Of a DNA stretch of 64,000 nucleotides, positions 38,690-51,968 are shown piece by piece (position 1 is the stretch's first letter; the number at the start of each line of letters is the position of its first letter). The position numbers were made by a program, and so were the translations under genes. The stretch comes from Podarcis bocagei (lineage: Eukaryota), in NCBI GenBank assembly GCA_964188305.1, contig OZ076889.1. The stretch is one strand, 5' to 3'. The notes beneath the pieces were generated by a model that did not search any database, was not told the origin of the DNA, and saw only the letters and a list, made by a program, of their open reading frames with translations.

Positions 38690-38960
38690 CTAAAGGCAGC
38701 AAGCTCCACACTTGCAACGTCTCTCGCTCTCTCACTGGCTGTTCCCTCCCCTCCCCTCATGCTCACACCCCTCCCAGAAGCAGCAGTGATCAGGTTTCAG
38801 AACAGAAGCTGGCAAGGGAGAGAGAAATAAGACGGCAGCTTTGCAATATTCAAATTGCAATTTCAAAAATTTGTTTGATTACCCTGAGCCATGTGGTGTG
38901 GTTTTTCAGCATAAAACGGATACAGTATGCGGGGATTAATTTATCAGACGTGAGCTGAGA
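38690..38960 (-). promoter_or_regulatory. Possible internal promoter region for short isoforms
   Basis: Minus-strand GGGAGGGG/GGGTGTG boxes, GA-rich GAGAGAGCGAGAGACG and CRE-like TCACGTC (~38946-38952). Sits at the head of a ~2 kb stretch with no recognisable repeats, upstream of the MMWQCHLS start. Confidence 0.3.
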
Positions 38961-41900
38961 TTTTCAGATACTGAAAGGTAAGCATGACTGAAGGGAGTCA
39001 GACCAATTGTAAACAAACATATTACACCAGCTTTCTATATGCCTGCATGTAGCATTTGCTTCGTCTTGGATTATTAAAGATGCTTTGCCTCCACAGATCT
39101 GATCTGATACTGTAGTTATTACACCAAAGGCAACTTTTGTGAAGCTACTGGGGAACAGAATTGCCATTGTGGGGGGATGAAGAAGTCAAGTTACTAAACT
39201 CTCTCATAATTATTTGGGAGCAGCAGTGTACAAGGGCCCTGAAAGTTTTTAGCTTGGATGTTCGAAAACCAGAGCCAGAATATACGCAAAGGCCCTAAAC
39301 AGCGTTTTCGTAGTAAGTATAATTTCCAACACCTAACTATTGGAATATAAAATCAAAATCAAAACACAACTCCATTTCAAGTTTGAGAGTCTGAAGAAAT
39401 TGCTTATGTTGTGATACTGATGAAGACAGCCAACGTAGTTTCATAGTTTTCCACTTAAGTCTAAAGTGTTTTGCATTTGCATAGCATGGCAAAAGAGAAT
39501 TAAGCTAGAATTTGCCAGTTGGAACTAGTTTGCCAAATGAAATTATCCTCTCTCCTCATGCACTGTTCTGGGGGTTCTCCCACCCACCCCAAGCCAATTT
39601 TGGAGATGCTGTGTGGAAAGCCCTGTTGCCCAAGAAAAAGCCCTTGCATAGGGCTTCTGCTAAAAGAATCCTACCCTCTGTGTTTAACTAGGGACAGCTC
39701 ACTCAGGCAGCACCAGACCATTTTTGGCCACCAGGAAGGCTACTACATTAGTTTAACCCTGAGCACCTTGGATTTGGTAGCAGTTTATTATAATGGGATT
39801 GCAACCCTCTGACTGCAAAGCAAAATGACCTTGATAATCAAGACTCTGTACCTTCATGTTTGTACACCACTATAAGACTATGGAGAAACCACTCATTCAT
39901 TTTGGGCATGTGCCTAGACATAAACAGACAGTATCTTGATACATGGTCTGCATTAGAGAATGCATTTAATGCAAACTTGAGTGCTAAATTGAAAACATAT
40001 CAACTACAGCCACCAAGAAAAAGCTACACCAGGGGCTCTCAAACTTTCCATCCCCAGGGCCTGCTTCAGATAGCTGAAAATTACTGAGGTCCACCAGTTA
40101 CAAAATGGTGGGGCAGGGGCAGAGCCCATCTCAAAATGGTGGCAGATAGAGGCAGTTTGACATAATCAGGTGGCAATTACTGACATCATTTTCTACAAAT
40201 ATATAATCCATCTTTGGAAATTGCTAAATTATTTGTCACAGCATTTTCATTGCGCTGAGGAGTTTCATAGCTCAGGTTTCCTCAAGCTAAGCACAGACAT
40301 TTGCTCTGGAGGTATTGTGACAGCCTCCTCGTTTTAGGTAGAATTTGCTGATCCAGAGGCTCTACATGAAGAAGACTTACTCTTTTATATTTTTCCCCAT
40401 CTCACCTCCACATGCCTCTATTTTTAGTCATGTCCTGTAATTTCTTCTCCCATTCTGCTTTCACACTCAACTGGACCTTAACCCCACCCCTAACCTCAGC
40501 ATGCCAGCTTCTTCCTGGTCCTCTTTCATTCATCCCTCCTATAACAGCTCTCCTCTCTTATCCCTTTCCTTTCTATTCCCATTTTATTTATTATTAATAT
40601 TCATTAACAGCAGCATTTTATCTTAGTTTCTCATTTCCTTCAACACCTCCCTCTGGCTCTTTCTCCTCAGAGGGGGGAGACATTCATTCCCTCCTCCCTC
40701 ACTGTACTTCTGCTTCTCAATCACTTGTACTCAGCATGGGTGCTGGCACTGGTCCAACCAAAATGCAGTGGCATGGCTAGGGGGTAGGGCAGGCATGTGA
40801 GGAGGCCTTGGACAGGCTGTGGCACTGAGGCCACTAGCGGATCCTAGTCAGTGGTTTGGGAAACCATTAGTCTGTACCAATCTGTACCAAAAGGAGAACA
40901 TTGGTGCAAATTGCCAATCCTTAAAAAGAACAATAGGTATTAACTCACTGCACTGAATAATACTGTCAGCTTTACTACAGTGTTTAAAATAATGAACTGG
41001 ATGCAAATTGCAATGAGCTTTTGTGCAGCAGAATACAGCACATTTTAGCTATACTGTTTAACTAGCTACCAAATTCTCTCTAATGCAACAAGACTTATGT
41101 AAGCAAACTGACGTTGCAGTGGCCACTCATTCTTCTCTGGCTTTGGGTAATAAAATGACGGATGAAATCACTGTAAAACCAGCACACTATATACAACCTC
41201 TCCATGCCAAGGGAATCCTCTCCTGCAAGAAAACTGCAGCAAAGAGAGGGTTATTTTATGCCATGAAGCCATTTTGCTCCAACACAGTAATTTTTTCAAG
41301 TAGAAGGGTAAGAATATTAAGTGGATTAAGACCAGATGGAAAGTATACAAACCTTACATTGCAAATAGAGGCCCGAGGCCAAGTTGTTGCAGAAAAACAA
41401 ATGCTTTTGTTTTCATGTGGCAGACCCCTTTTAAAGATATGTTTCTGAGGATGTGTTGCCCTTTTAATAGATTTCTTAATCAGTGGTGCTAGTGAAAATG
41501 TTCATGGACAAGGATCAGTGAGCACATTTCTATTGGGACAGAATGCTCACTCTTTGTAAAGCTTTAGAATCCCATCTTGGCAGTAGCAGTTTATATTGAA
41601 CAGGGCATCCGCACATCCCAAAGGAAAGAAAGGTCTAGAGCCTCTGCCAAAGTCTCTGCAAGAAGACCCCAAGCCTTTTAAATTTAAAGGTTGGTTACTT
41701 CAGTCACTGGTACATGAACAGAGACAAGGGACATCCATAAGAGACCCTTTCGCACATAACCCCAATGTGTGGAAGGAAAAGGAAGACTGTGCCTGCTGCC
41801 CCCATTATTTGAGTGGATCCTGGCACCAACTCACATGCTGCTCAGAACATAGGCAAGGGGGCTGTGTGCATGCAGACTTTCTATATCAGCAGGAACTCAG

Positions 41901-42151
41901 CTGCACATGTATAGGCATCCCTTGCCATAATTCCATTTAGCATGACCCCCTCCGCCCTCCATGCTTTGAGTATACCTGTGGACTTGTGAATAGCCCTTTG
42001 CTCACTTCTAATTTTAGAATTAAAGGAAAAGCAAACCCTAGGAATTCACGTCTTTGAAGTGAGATCGGAAATGACGAAACAAAAACTTGACGAGCGACAC
42101 CGGGAAGCTCTAACTGCCAGCAGTCTAAGTGACACTGAACAACAGAATATA

Positions 42152-42506
42152 CAGTGGTACCTCGCAAGACGAATGCCTCGCAAGACAAAAAACTCGCTAG
42201 ACGAAAGGGTTTTTTGTTTTTTGAGCTGCTTCGCAAGATGATTTTCCCTATGGGCTTGCTTCGCAGGACGGAAACGTCTTGCAAGTTTGTTTCCTTTTTC
42301 TTAACACCGTTAATACAGTTGCGACTTGACTTCGAGGAGCAACTCATAGAACGCGGTGTGGTAGCCTTTTTTGAGGTTTTTAAAGACTTTGGTGATTTTT
42401 GAAGCTTTTCCAAAACTTTCCTGACACCGTGCTTCGCAAGACGAAAAAAATCGCAAGACGACAAAACTCGCGGAACGGATTAATTTCGTCTTGCGAGGCA
42501 CCACTG
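42152..42506. mobile_element. Tc1/mariner-pogo MITE, family A, opposite orientation to 8030..8365
   Basis: TA|cagtggtacctcgcaagacga ... tcgtcttgcgaggcaccactg|TA. Confidence 0.9.
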
Positions 42507-45500
42507 TAGAGTGTTATGGTCCACACAAGAGGGAGGGGACAACCCATTTCTAATGGTAGTACTCAGTAGAAGAAGCACGTCTCATTTGATGGGCCACACA
42601 TAAACATGTAGCCTAAAGGCTATGCTTCTGGGAGTGGCACAGTTCCAAAGGCCTCGGATCAGTTCCTTCCACTAGGCAATTGTTATTTCTACTATGTAAA
42701 AAGAACCACGTTCAGCAAGGCTGAATGCTATGCAGTATTTCCTGGAATGTTCATTGCTCCTGTATCAGAGGATTATGACTATGAACACAATGGACCCTTC
42801 CTCCACTTACAATGTCCATTAATAAAAATATGTATCACAAAATGCCTTTAAAAGCAGATGACAAATTTAAGCGCACAGCTACACATTTGCAATATTTATC
42901 CAATTTAAGCGAGTAAATTTAGGTAAGTTGAAATGATCGCTGCAGGCAGGCAAGCAAGGAGGGAGGGAGGGTTTCTTTATGCGAACAGGACCAATTACTG
43001 AGCCTCTTCAGAAAGGGGCATAATATGCTGAGGTGGGAAATCCAATCCAAAGAACAGCCTGATACGTTTCTTTTGAAACTTAAACTAATTTGAAGATGAT
43101 TCCTTATGTTGAACTTGTTACAGAATAAGAAGAGAAAGGATCTGCTTGGACTGCAGCTCCAGCAAATTTCCTTCATATAACTTTTGTTCTACAGTCACAT
43201 AGTCAGATTTTATAGGAAAATTGAATGACTTCCAGTAATGTGCTCCAATAATGGCATACACTTTCTGTGGACACACACGAGACTCCTATTTCACTCCTCC
43301 TTTAGTCAGCGCAAGCAACAAACCTTAATCCGTGACTTAGCATTACATCCAAACCAGGAATCATTGTTCGTTTCACTCCAAATGAACCAAGATGTTACGC
43401 CAATATTTGTTCTTGGCTTACCAATCATGGTTCATTGGAACCAAAACAAATCTTGATCCCCAGGTAGGACATAATGCGAAGACAATGATTGTAGTTAGTT
43501 GCTCCCACTTGCTGGAAGGGAGAATTGAAGCAGGAGCAATGTCCGCATTCACAGTGAACCATTGGCTGTAGTTTGCTGTAACATATGAACTGGGCCAGCA
43601 ATTATGAAAGGTTGCTGATAAATTTATATTTTTAAATAAACAAATAATCAGAACAGCATTATGGAGTGCCGGGGGGGGGGGCGACGACGACTGACAGAAG
43701 CAAATTATATATGGCAGTCAAATGCACCTCTGATCTGTTTTAGTTTAACTGATTTGCCAGAAAGTACATTTTTCTGCATCAACCAAATTACAGAAAAAGC
43801 AATTCTGCCAAACAAGGAAGATCAATGAACATAAACACACTGGTCTTCTTTAATACCCACATTGAAATAAGTGACTCCCACCTTGCAGTCTTTTCTGCAT
43901 AGATTACTAGGTGCTTGGCCTGTATTATATTACTTGTGTAGAAGATCCTATAAAAAATTTTTATATAAGCTGTTCCATTAACATATAGGTCAATGCAACA
44001 CTTTTGAAAAGTCTGTGGTATCAGATAAGGCTTCTAGGTTCATGTATAGCACTACATATTTGTTTCTATGTTGTCTGCTACAAATATGAAAGATATACCC
44101 AGCAAAATACTTATATTGTTTGGCCTGGCATGGATTTTGTTTTTTTAAGTTCTCAACCAGGGGGGAGAAAGTTTTAAAAGTGAATGGTGTATTTATTGCT
44201 TCATCTTAGAAAAATAACCTATTTCCAAAATGCATTCTTTAAGAGTTGTTTCTTTATATTGTTATCTTTACTTGTTGTAAAAATAATTTGCTTTATAACA
44301 TAGAAAAGTGGAAACTGCAACAATATGTTGCGGTGTACCCTCCCTCCTAATACAAGTTCTCTGTTCAGAGGTCCAGCCAGCCATTTCATCCAAACAGGGC
44401 ATGCCACTTTCTCTCTCCTCCTGCTTTTTTTCTTTGAAAAATTCCTTGGCTACTGAATATGATCAGTCCTCACTGGACTGTTTCTGTGGTTTCTTCACCA
44501 CTTTAGGCTCATTTAAGATTTTTAAAAATGCTTCTGCAAAACTGGGTGGGGCAAGGGGGTATAACAGTCTTCTCTCTGAGGACCTGTGGGGTTATCAGAA
44601 CTAAGCAGTAGCTTACAGCTTGTAGCTGTATTTCAATCCACATTCTTACTTCATGCTTCCATTCCAGGTGTGGAAGTAAATGTGTGGGTTTTTTTATTTT
44701 ATTTTAGCACCCTTTAATGAGCTGTAAAAACTTGGAACATTTCTGGTAGTTTTCTGAAAAGCAAGTCAGTCTGCTGCAGCACCTCTGAATGTTTTCATGT
44801 TTTTGCCATGGGCTGTCACTGCTGCTTTGTTCTGCATCACATTTTTGAACACCGTACTAAAATATTCCACAAGCTGCCACAAGGTTTAGCCAAAGATGAA
44901 CTCCTGATAATTTAAAAATCACTTATTCTCTACTCCTTATATGAGGAGGTATTGCTGAAAAAACCTTGCTATTCCCCTTCCTCTTGCCCCAGACTACAAG
45001 ACTCCTTAAAGCAATCTGATGAAAATTGTGCTTTAATTATTACAGCAAGGCTTTTTCAATGACTTGAAGATGCCACCTTCAGGACTTCATGTTGCTACAA
45101 ATTAGTGTTGAAGGCTTGAGAAGATGGGGGTGGGAGTAGAACTAGGATGCAGTCTTCCACCTTTGTCAGAAAGTCTCAGTCAAGGTTGCCACGAAAGAAG
45201 GCAAGGGATTGAGGAAAGAGGTATAAAAGGCATCTTTTCCCAGGGCAAGTGGGGCTCTGGCTCATGTACATGCAAGAATCAAGATCCAGAAAGTGATTTT
45301 TCATGAATGAAATCAAGCCAGGAAATTATCAGACATATGGGCCCTTTATACTGATGGTTTAAGGTTTCTTGAAAAGTGCTTTGTGTCCCACCCTCTCCTC
45401 TCCCCTTTCTCCTCTTTTTTTTACAGACGGTAATTTTTTTCTGAGTATTTAAAATGTCTAAAAATGCAATATAAAAACTATACAAAAGGAAAGGGAAAAA

Positions 45501-46325
45501 AGAGCCAAATAGACCTAAGTAGAAAAAAGGCAGCAGATCAAACTACAAGGAATCCATTGTACTGTGTCTTTTTAAAGCCCTGCTCTTGCTGCATCTCGCC
45601 CTGTAGTCTCTTTTTGCCTAACCCCGCCAAAGATTGTAAACTCTCTGAACACAGAGCCCATTTCTGCTGTGTGCAGCACATAACAAAATATAGAGGCGCT
45701 TCCTTCCTCAACAAGCCTTTTAAGTGGAGATCTTTATCCTAGTCTGAATCTGTACTGGATTTAAAGCTATTTTCATATATGATTTTTTTTTTTTAGTGTG
45801 TGAAATCATTTTGAGATACTTTATGGTTAGTAATTCATGAATAGACTCAAACAAACAAATATATAAATAAGTGAAGGAAGGCAAAACTGGGGTCAGATAA
45901 AATGTATGGTATCAGCAGCAGTGAAAGTGGAGTTGTAGTAAAGGGGTAGGGGTAGCCAGTCCATTAAATTAAGCATGAGAGGTGATAATCCAATATCATG
46001 AAAGCTGGCTTTCTCTTCTCCCTTGTACAGCTCTAAACCTTGCACCCTCAAATTTACTCGAGGGGGATCCCCAACCTTGGCCATTCCGCTGGCAGATAAA
46101 TACTGATGGGTATCCCCATCTAATTAGGGACTGCAGAATAGCAAATTGCTGCCTCTTATCTGGATTTCTGGTCTTAAAGGGAAGCCTTAAGATAGCTGAA
46201 TATCTCAACTATGGGTTGAGAAAAACAAGGTTCCTCAATGGTAAGTCCCAAATGGGCCCAACTTTTTGTACTGCTCTCTCACTTGTTTGAATTGACTCAT
46301 ACCCTTTAGCAGTTCAGTATGGTAC

Positions 46326-46392
46326 CTGAAATCCTCTGCTGTTCCTGAGAAAAGTCAATGCCTTCACCAATGGAGCTCATTATTTTTTCAAT
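46326..46392 (-). CDS. ANKS1A: ANKS1A coding exon, linker before SAM1 ([22 protein letters not shown]+G); 67 nt, phase 0 to 1
   Basis: Acceptor tttttcag, ATT GAA AAA ATA ATG AGC TCC ATT GGT..., donor TCAG|gtacc. Peptide matches recalled vertebrate ANKS1[18 protein letters not shown]. Phase fits the next exon. Not in the ORF track. Confidence 0.93.
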
Positions 46393-48023
46393 CTGAAAAA
46401 CATAAGAAATTATTAGTGATAATTGAGCAACACCTGACTAGAGAGCTTCTTAATCCTATAATTGTATAAAGGTACACGTCCAAGAGATATGTATTGCTGT
46501 CTGGAAATAATAAATTCATGGTAAATATAAGAGAGAGAAATCTATACAAGCATCTTACCAAGCTGATGACTAGCAAGAAAGTGATAACATTTGTTCATAC
46601 TATAGAATAATCTATTCCTCTGATCTCACCTTAAAATACAGAAACTCCCCACTACCAATAAAGAATATGCCACTTCAGCTAAGAAGGGAACCTTCAAGGC
46701 AAATAACCCAATACCAAGTTGCTTCTACTGAAAGGCTGCAAAGACATTAGGATGAGCTGGAAAACATGAACTGAAAGCAGCAGTATTCTAAAGTACGTTT
46801 CAACCAGGAAGAGAGAAGCCAGTCAATCTAACTGAACTACAGGTTCATGTAGATGCTCCCAAGCATTTACATCTCAAAAAAAGGAATCCATTGTTGCAGT
46901 CAATGCCACATTCTGGATTTGATTTTTTAAAAACAAAACAAAAACACCACCTCTACATCTTTTAAAAAGTACTTTGACAAGTGGTCTTAAGTACCAACAT
47001 CTAAGCAGATCTTCAGCCTACAGAGCTTGATGCCCAGGCGCTTCTTGTGCAATCCTGGAGAAAGAAGGAGGAGGAGGAGCTTCTTTGGGTTTGTTTGTAT
47101 GCTCAAAGACCTAGGAGTACTGTCTAGGAATAGACATGGATGGCAAATGGTGTTGATGGGTTTATGCCCAATTCCTGCAAGACAACGATATCTAATACTC
47201 CATTTAGTTCTGCACTGTTCAATCCACAAACCTTGACATATTAAGTTACTGCACATCTCATTTAAGTTATCAAGTTTAAGATGCACTTTAACAGCAGTGG
47301 AAATAGACTTCTGAGGTATGTCTTCATAAGATCTGCTATCTTATGCTACCATAATAAAATCAACTTATTATGAAAGAGAAGACTGAATCTCAAGATGACA
47401 TCCCTGACAAATTACCAAATTAATGTAGAACTGCTTCTTATGAGCAAATGCCTAAGGACATTTAACAGACACATTCATTTATTTTCCCTGTTCATCTCAC
47501 TTCTCCTGCATCAACTTTTAGATTGTAAACTTTGGGGGGAGGAAAGTACCATGCACATTAATTGCACTACAACAAGTAAACAACATCAAAAGTAGCAATA
47601 GGTTAGATTTACTCCTGCTGAGACACCACTGCTTTGTTTTAGCAATTTTTTCAAAAGCAATGAAAGGCCACTCCTCTCATTTTTTTAGGGTCCTCTATGG
47701 GCTACCTCTAAAAAATTGACATTAAATTCACATCCCCTCAGTATGATTTTATAGAAGTAAGCTTGTAGCATAATGTCTAAATGTCAAAGACCTCCAGCAG
47801 GAAAAAGCATTTTTATCCAATAAACGTATGAGTTACAACATGTTTGATATAGCACGTTGACTTTTATAGGACTCTACAAATAGCACCAGAACAGACTCAA
47901 ATGTTTTCAAAACCCAGCAAAGGAAAAACACAAACACCAAGAAAGCAGAAAACAACTGCACACTAAGCAACCCCAGCAGTCAGCCTGCTTCCCAGATTAG
48001 GCAAAGTTTTGCAGGTTTCTTAC

Positions 48024-48074
48024 ATTGGAGAAAGATTGAACTTCGACGACATCAGGCACCTGCTGGTGAAACTG
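48024..48074 (-). CDS. ANKS1A: Candidate in-frame cassette exon (QFHQQVPDVVEVQSFSN); 51 nt, or 48 nt via a NAGNAG acceptor
   Basis: tttgctctttcccagcag acceptor, AAT|gtaaga donor. Phase 0/0 matches the downstream exon. TGCATG at 48091-48096. Confidence 0.45.
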
Positions 48075-48889
48075 CTGGGAAAGAGCAAAACATGCATTTC
48101 AATCCATTAAGTTAAGCACAATTTTGTCTAGGAGAATGGATTATGCAAGGTCTCTTCTTAAGACTGTTTGATTCAGAGCAGCACAAGTTCAGGCCATAAT
48201 TTAATAAAGGGCCATGTCCCCCCCCCCTTTTTTTTTTGTACCATGAGTTGCCTCCTGGTCTTAAGCACTGCAGGTAAAGTTTTAAACTATTCTACAACTT
48301 CTATGGTTGGCTGTGCAATTTAACATTAAAATGAGGTAGATACTCAAAAGCAGATGTGGAAATAGGGTTCCCAATGTTTTTAGTGCACTAAACTATTTTC
48401 AGATTTCCTGTTTCTCTTACTGCTAAGAAGCAGGTACTTTACAGATAGTTACTTTATGTTACTTTATGTATTTCTTGTGGGGCAACATCCTGAAAGGAGC
48501 TTTCTTAGATTGCAGTCATGGGGACCAAGGGGATGCAAGAATAAAAGAAACACAAAGACAAGCATTTTTAAGTCCAATATGCACAAAACAGTCCAACCCA
48601 ATAAAAAAATTTCCTGAGTACATAAGATGACCCAATAGAAACATGGATTTTGATCAGTTATTTCAGCTGAATGACGTCTTTTTATTCCTGACAAATGCCA
48701 ATATGTATAAGAGTGTAGAGAACTTCTTTGAAGTCTAAAAGTATGCTTCTCCCAAAAGCATATACTGCAGCTTAGATAGCAAGACACATGAGCAGTGCCC
48801 TACTCATGAAATGGGACTATCTTGCTCTCTCTTCCTGATTGCAGCTCAGTGCTTTATGAAAAGCCTACCTTGTGAGATATTGTGTAGAG

Positions 48890-49025
48890 CAGGCATGGCC
48901 AAACTTGGCCCTCCAGATGTTTTGGAACCACAACTCCCATCATCCTTAGCTAACAGGACCAGTGGTCAGGGATGATGGGAATTGTAGTCCCAAAACATCT
49001 GGAGGGCCAAGTTTGGCCATGCCTG
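48890..49025. mobile_element. Palindromic hAT MITE
   Basis: caggcatggccaaacttggccctccagatgtttt ... aaaacatctggagggccaagtttggccatgcctg. TSD gtgtagag/atgtagag. Confidence 0.92.
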
Positions 49026-51726
49026 ATGTAGAGGCTCAGAGGACAATCTTTCTACCCCCTTACATGAGTTGAAGTGACATTTCAGTCATGCTAGAGACCC
49101 TTGGATCCAAATCACATGTTCAACTGCATTCAGATGATACACCATTCATTTTCTCCTTCCCCACATACACACACTTGCTTACATCACAAAAAAAAACCTC
49201 ACGTGAGAACTTTGGGGTTGCTTTTTTTTAAAAGGAAAACACCCTCAGATTTCTTATGCACCAAAGTTATATAAGAGTAGCATGGGATGACTTAATATCT
49301 GAAGGGCCTTGTGAAACCCACAAGCTTATAATCAAGTTAAATAGTAACCACTAGGCAAATTCAAGTACCTATTCTCTGTGGCCCACCTGGCAACAATTCC
49401 CTATACTTATTACTGTATTTATTACATTCATAATTTTCAAAGGGCACCTCAAGTTTACCCTTGAAGAACAGTTGCAATCTAGAAGGTCAGAGATTTACAG
49501 ATGCTTTGAAGCCTTCACTAGCTCAATGCTTTGTTATCCAAAAATGTTGGCGGTAGATTTTTTTGGGTGGGGTGGGGAGAAATAGAGGAGTCCAAGTAAA
49601 CAGTCCATTTTGGTAACAGTAACTAGCTCTGCTCTTTTATCGCTCCACTGACAAATCCTATTATGCACACCCAACATGCAAGTGCCTCAGCATTTAAGCC
49701 TAACAAAGTCCCTCCATTTAGAACAGCTGTGCCCCTCCCTTAGTGGAAATGTGGACATTTGCCAAAAGGCTTCATTTAGCATGCACTAACAAAAGCAGCT
49801 TGACATACTCTGTGCTGGAAAACAAACAGAACTTCCATGTCTGTTAATATCTTTTGCCTCTTCAATCCCAGCTGATGCATAAAACACTTAAACATAAAAT
49901 TCTTCTGTAAAAAGGTAAATGCCCTGAGGGATGCTTCAAGGCTGCCCACCTTACTTTTCCCAGTCTCTGCTAATTTGTTTCAAGAGTGTTTTTAAGGATA
50001 AAAAATAGCTCAATGAACTTCAATGAAGGGAACGCATAGAACTCCCTTCTGTGCCAAGTTACTTCAGTTTTGATGAAATAATTAAAAATGCATCACAAAC
50101 GGCACTACTTCTGCCTTCGTGCTGCAGGGCCGTCAGTATCAAACTGACAAACAGGGAACGAAAGGTGTGTGCACCCCTCCCATTTAGATACTTCTCACGA
50201 AATCCCATTGAAACAGTTTCCCCATGTAGAACCCCCCATAACCCCTGAATTTAAAAAGTCAAAGGGCATTTGGGCATGAGAGCTGCTTTAGGCAAAGCTG
50301 CTTCCTGGTATGCCCATGCTATTTTTGTCTGCATTTTGCTTTACGCAGTTCTCAAGTCAACTTCAGAAATTGCTGTTTAATTTTTGGGTGATGTCTCTGA
50401 AGCCCTGGCTTCTGATCACTAACAATCCTATGAATTGCTTCTGAGGTTAATCTAGCTATCCCTTTGAACCTACTGCCATCCCCATAAGGCCAAGAACACT
50501 GATATTTCTTTTTTTAAAGTGCTTGGGTTACAGATTTCTGTGCCAAGCATAAAATTCCATGCTTGTGCACAGCCATTCATATAAAAACAGTACAGCAGGG
50601 AGACACAGCTCAGTGCATGTTGTGGTTTACATATGGTACGTGTAGTAACTATCTGTAGATAGGCTGAAAATAAATTCAAAATAAAAGGTCTCTCTGTGAT
50701 CAATGTTTTTAAGTGCTACAGAAAAGGAGCAACATACAGTTTGCTGCCTCAACAATTTCTTGCAAAAAGGACAAATCATTCCCATTGCAACGTAACAAGC
50801 ATCTAACTGTGCCAACATTATAAATCCAAGATAGTATAAAAAGGAAATGGTGATGCTGTTGCAAGTCAACCTGGTTTAACAGCTTCCAAAACTGTGGGAG
50901 GTGAACTGCTACCAGGGAATTTAATGTGTGGGCAATCCATGGGGCAAAAATTTACACAGAATCTAGTGAGCACTCTATCTTTGAAAAAAGCAAGATTTCT
51001 CATTCTAATGATTGCAGGAATATATTTGGAAGCATTTGTCAAGTTGCCAGTCTTCATGCAATATTGTCAACCCAGCACAGATCAAAGCTTTCACATGCTT
51101 CTCCCATCTTTTCCAGGGGAGTGCTATTTCTCAGAGTGCAAGCACAAAAATGTTGTTGAAGGTTAATTCTAACCAACGTCTATTACTGCTTTTGTCAGTG
51201 CACTCGATCATGCATCAAGGTGAATGCCACCACCTAACCAACCCCTCAGCATGTTTATCCTGGCAAGTGCCACTTAGTTCTATGAAACTCCATAGTGGAG
51301 CATTCATGTGCTTTGCTCACTTTTCAAGCAATTTGGTATTCTTAGGATTTCACAAAATCATACAGTGTAGAGTTAGAAGGGACTGTGAGGGTCATCTAGT
51401 TCAACGCCCTGCAATATAGGAATCTCAACTAGAACCTCAGCTTAAAAATCTCCAAGGAAGGATAGTCAACCACCTCTTATGGAAGTTGGTTTCACTGTAA
51501 ACAAGTGATAGCCTGGAGTGGAGAATTTCTCCAAAGGCCTAGTCAGATTATTATCAGCCATGATTGGACATATTTTTTAAAGACACTCTGAAATAATTTT
51601 TGGTCAGCAGCACCGAAGAGCAGCTCAGATTTGTTGGTTTCAGCCCATCACCATGCAAGTTTGAAGGGGAGTTAAAGCTTCTTGTTTAAAGCTAGAAGCT
51701 AATATGCATCCAAAAAAGGCCTATTA

Positions 51727-51968
51727 CAGTGATACCTCGGGTTAAGAACTTAATTCGTTCTTGAGGTCTGTTCTTAACCTGAAACTGTTCTTAACCTGAA
51801 GCACCACTTTAGCTAATGGGGCCTCCCGCTGCCGCTGCGCTGCCGCCGCACGATTTCTGTTCTCATCCTGAAGCAAAGTTCTTAACCCGAAATAATATTT
51901 CTGGGTTAGCGGAGTCTGTAACCTGAAGCGTATGTAACATGAAGCGTATGTAACCCAAGGTACCACTG
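51727..51968. mobile_element. Tc1/mariner-pogo MITE, family C, inverted relative to 21732..21957
   Basis: TA|cagtgatacctcgggtta ... taacccaaggtaccactg|TA. Reverse complement aligns along its length with the 21.7 kb copy. Confidence 0.9.

Noticed and set aside
38011-38958. Antisense 182-aa ORF (38410..38958) and sense 103-aa ORF (38011..38322) as nested genes
   Set aside because: No recognisable homology. The sense ORF ends in a stop with no phase-compatible donor I could identify. Better explained as regulatory or leader sequence, but not fully excluded.
41937-42504. 175-aa and neighbouring ORFs
   Set aside because: They span a non-autonomous MITE and have no recognisable protein features.
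2812-46392. Assignment to ANKS1B because of the MMWQCHLS and KYETTIF termini
   Set aside because: Core exons ([43 protein letters not shown], alternative STN end) match recalled ANKS1A, not ANKS1B.
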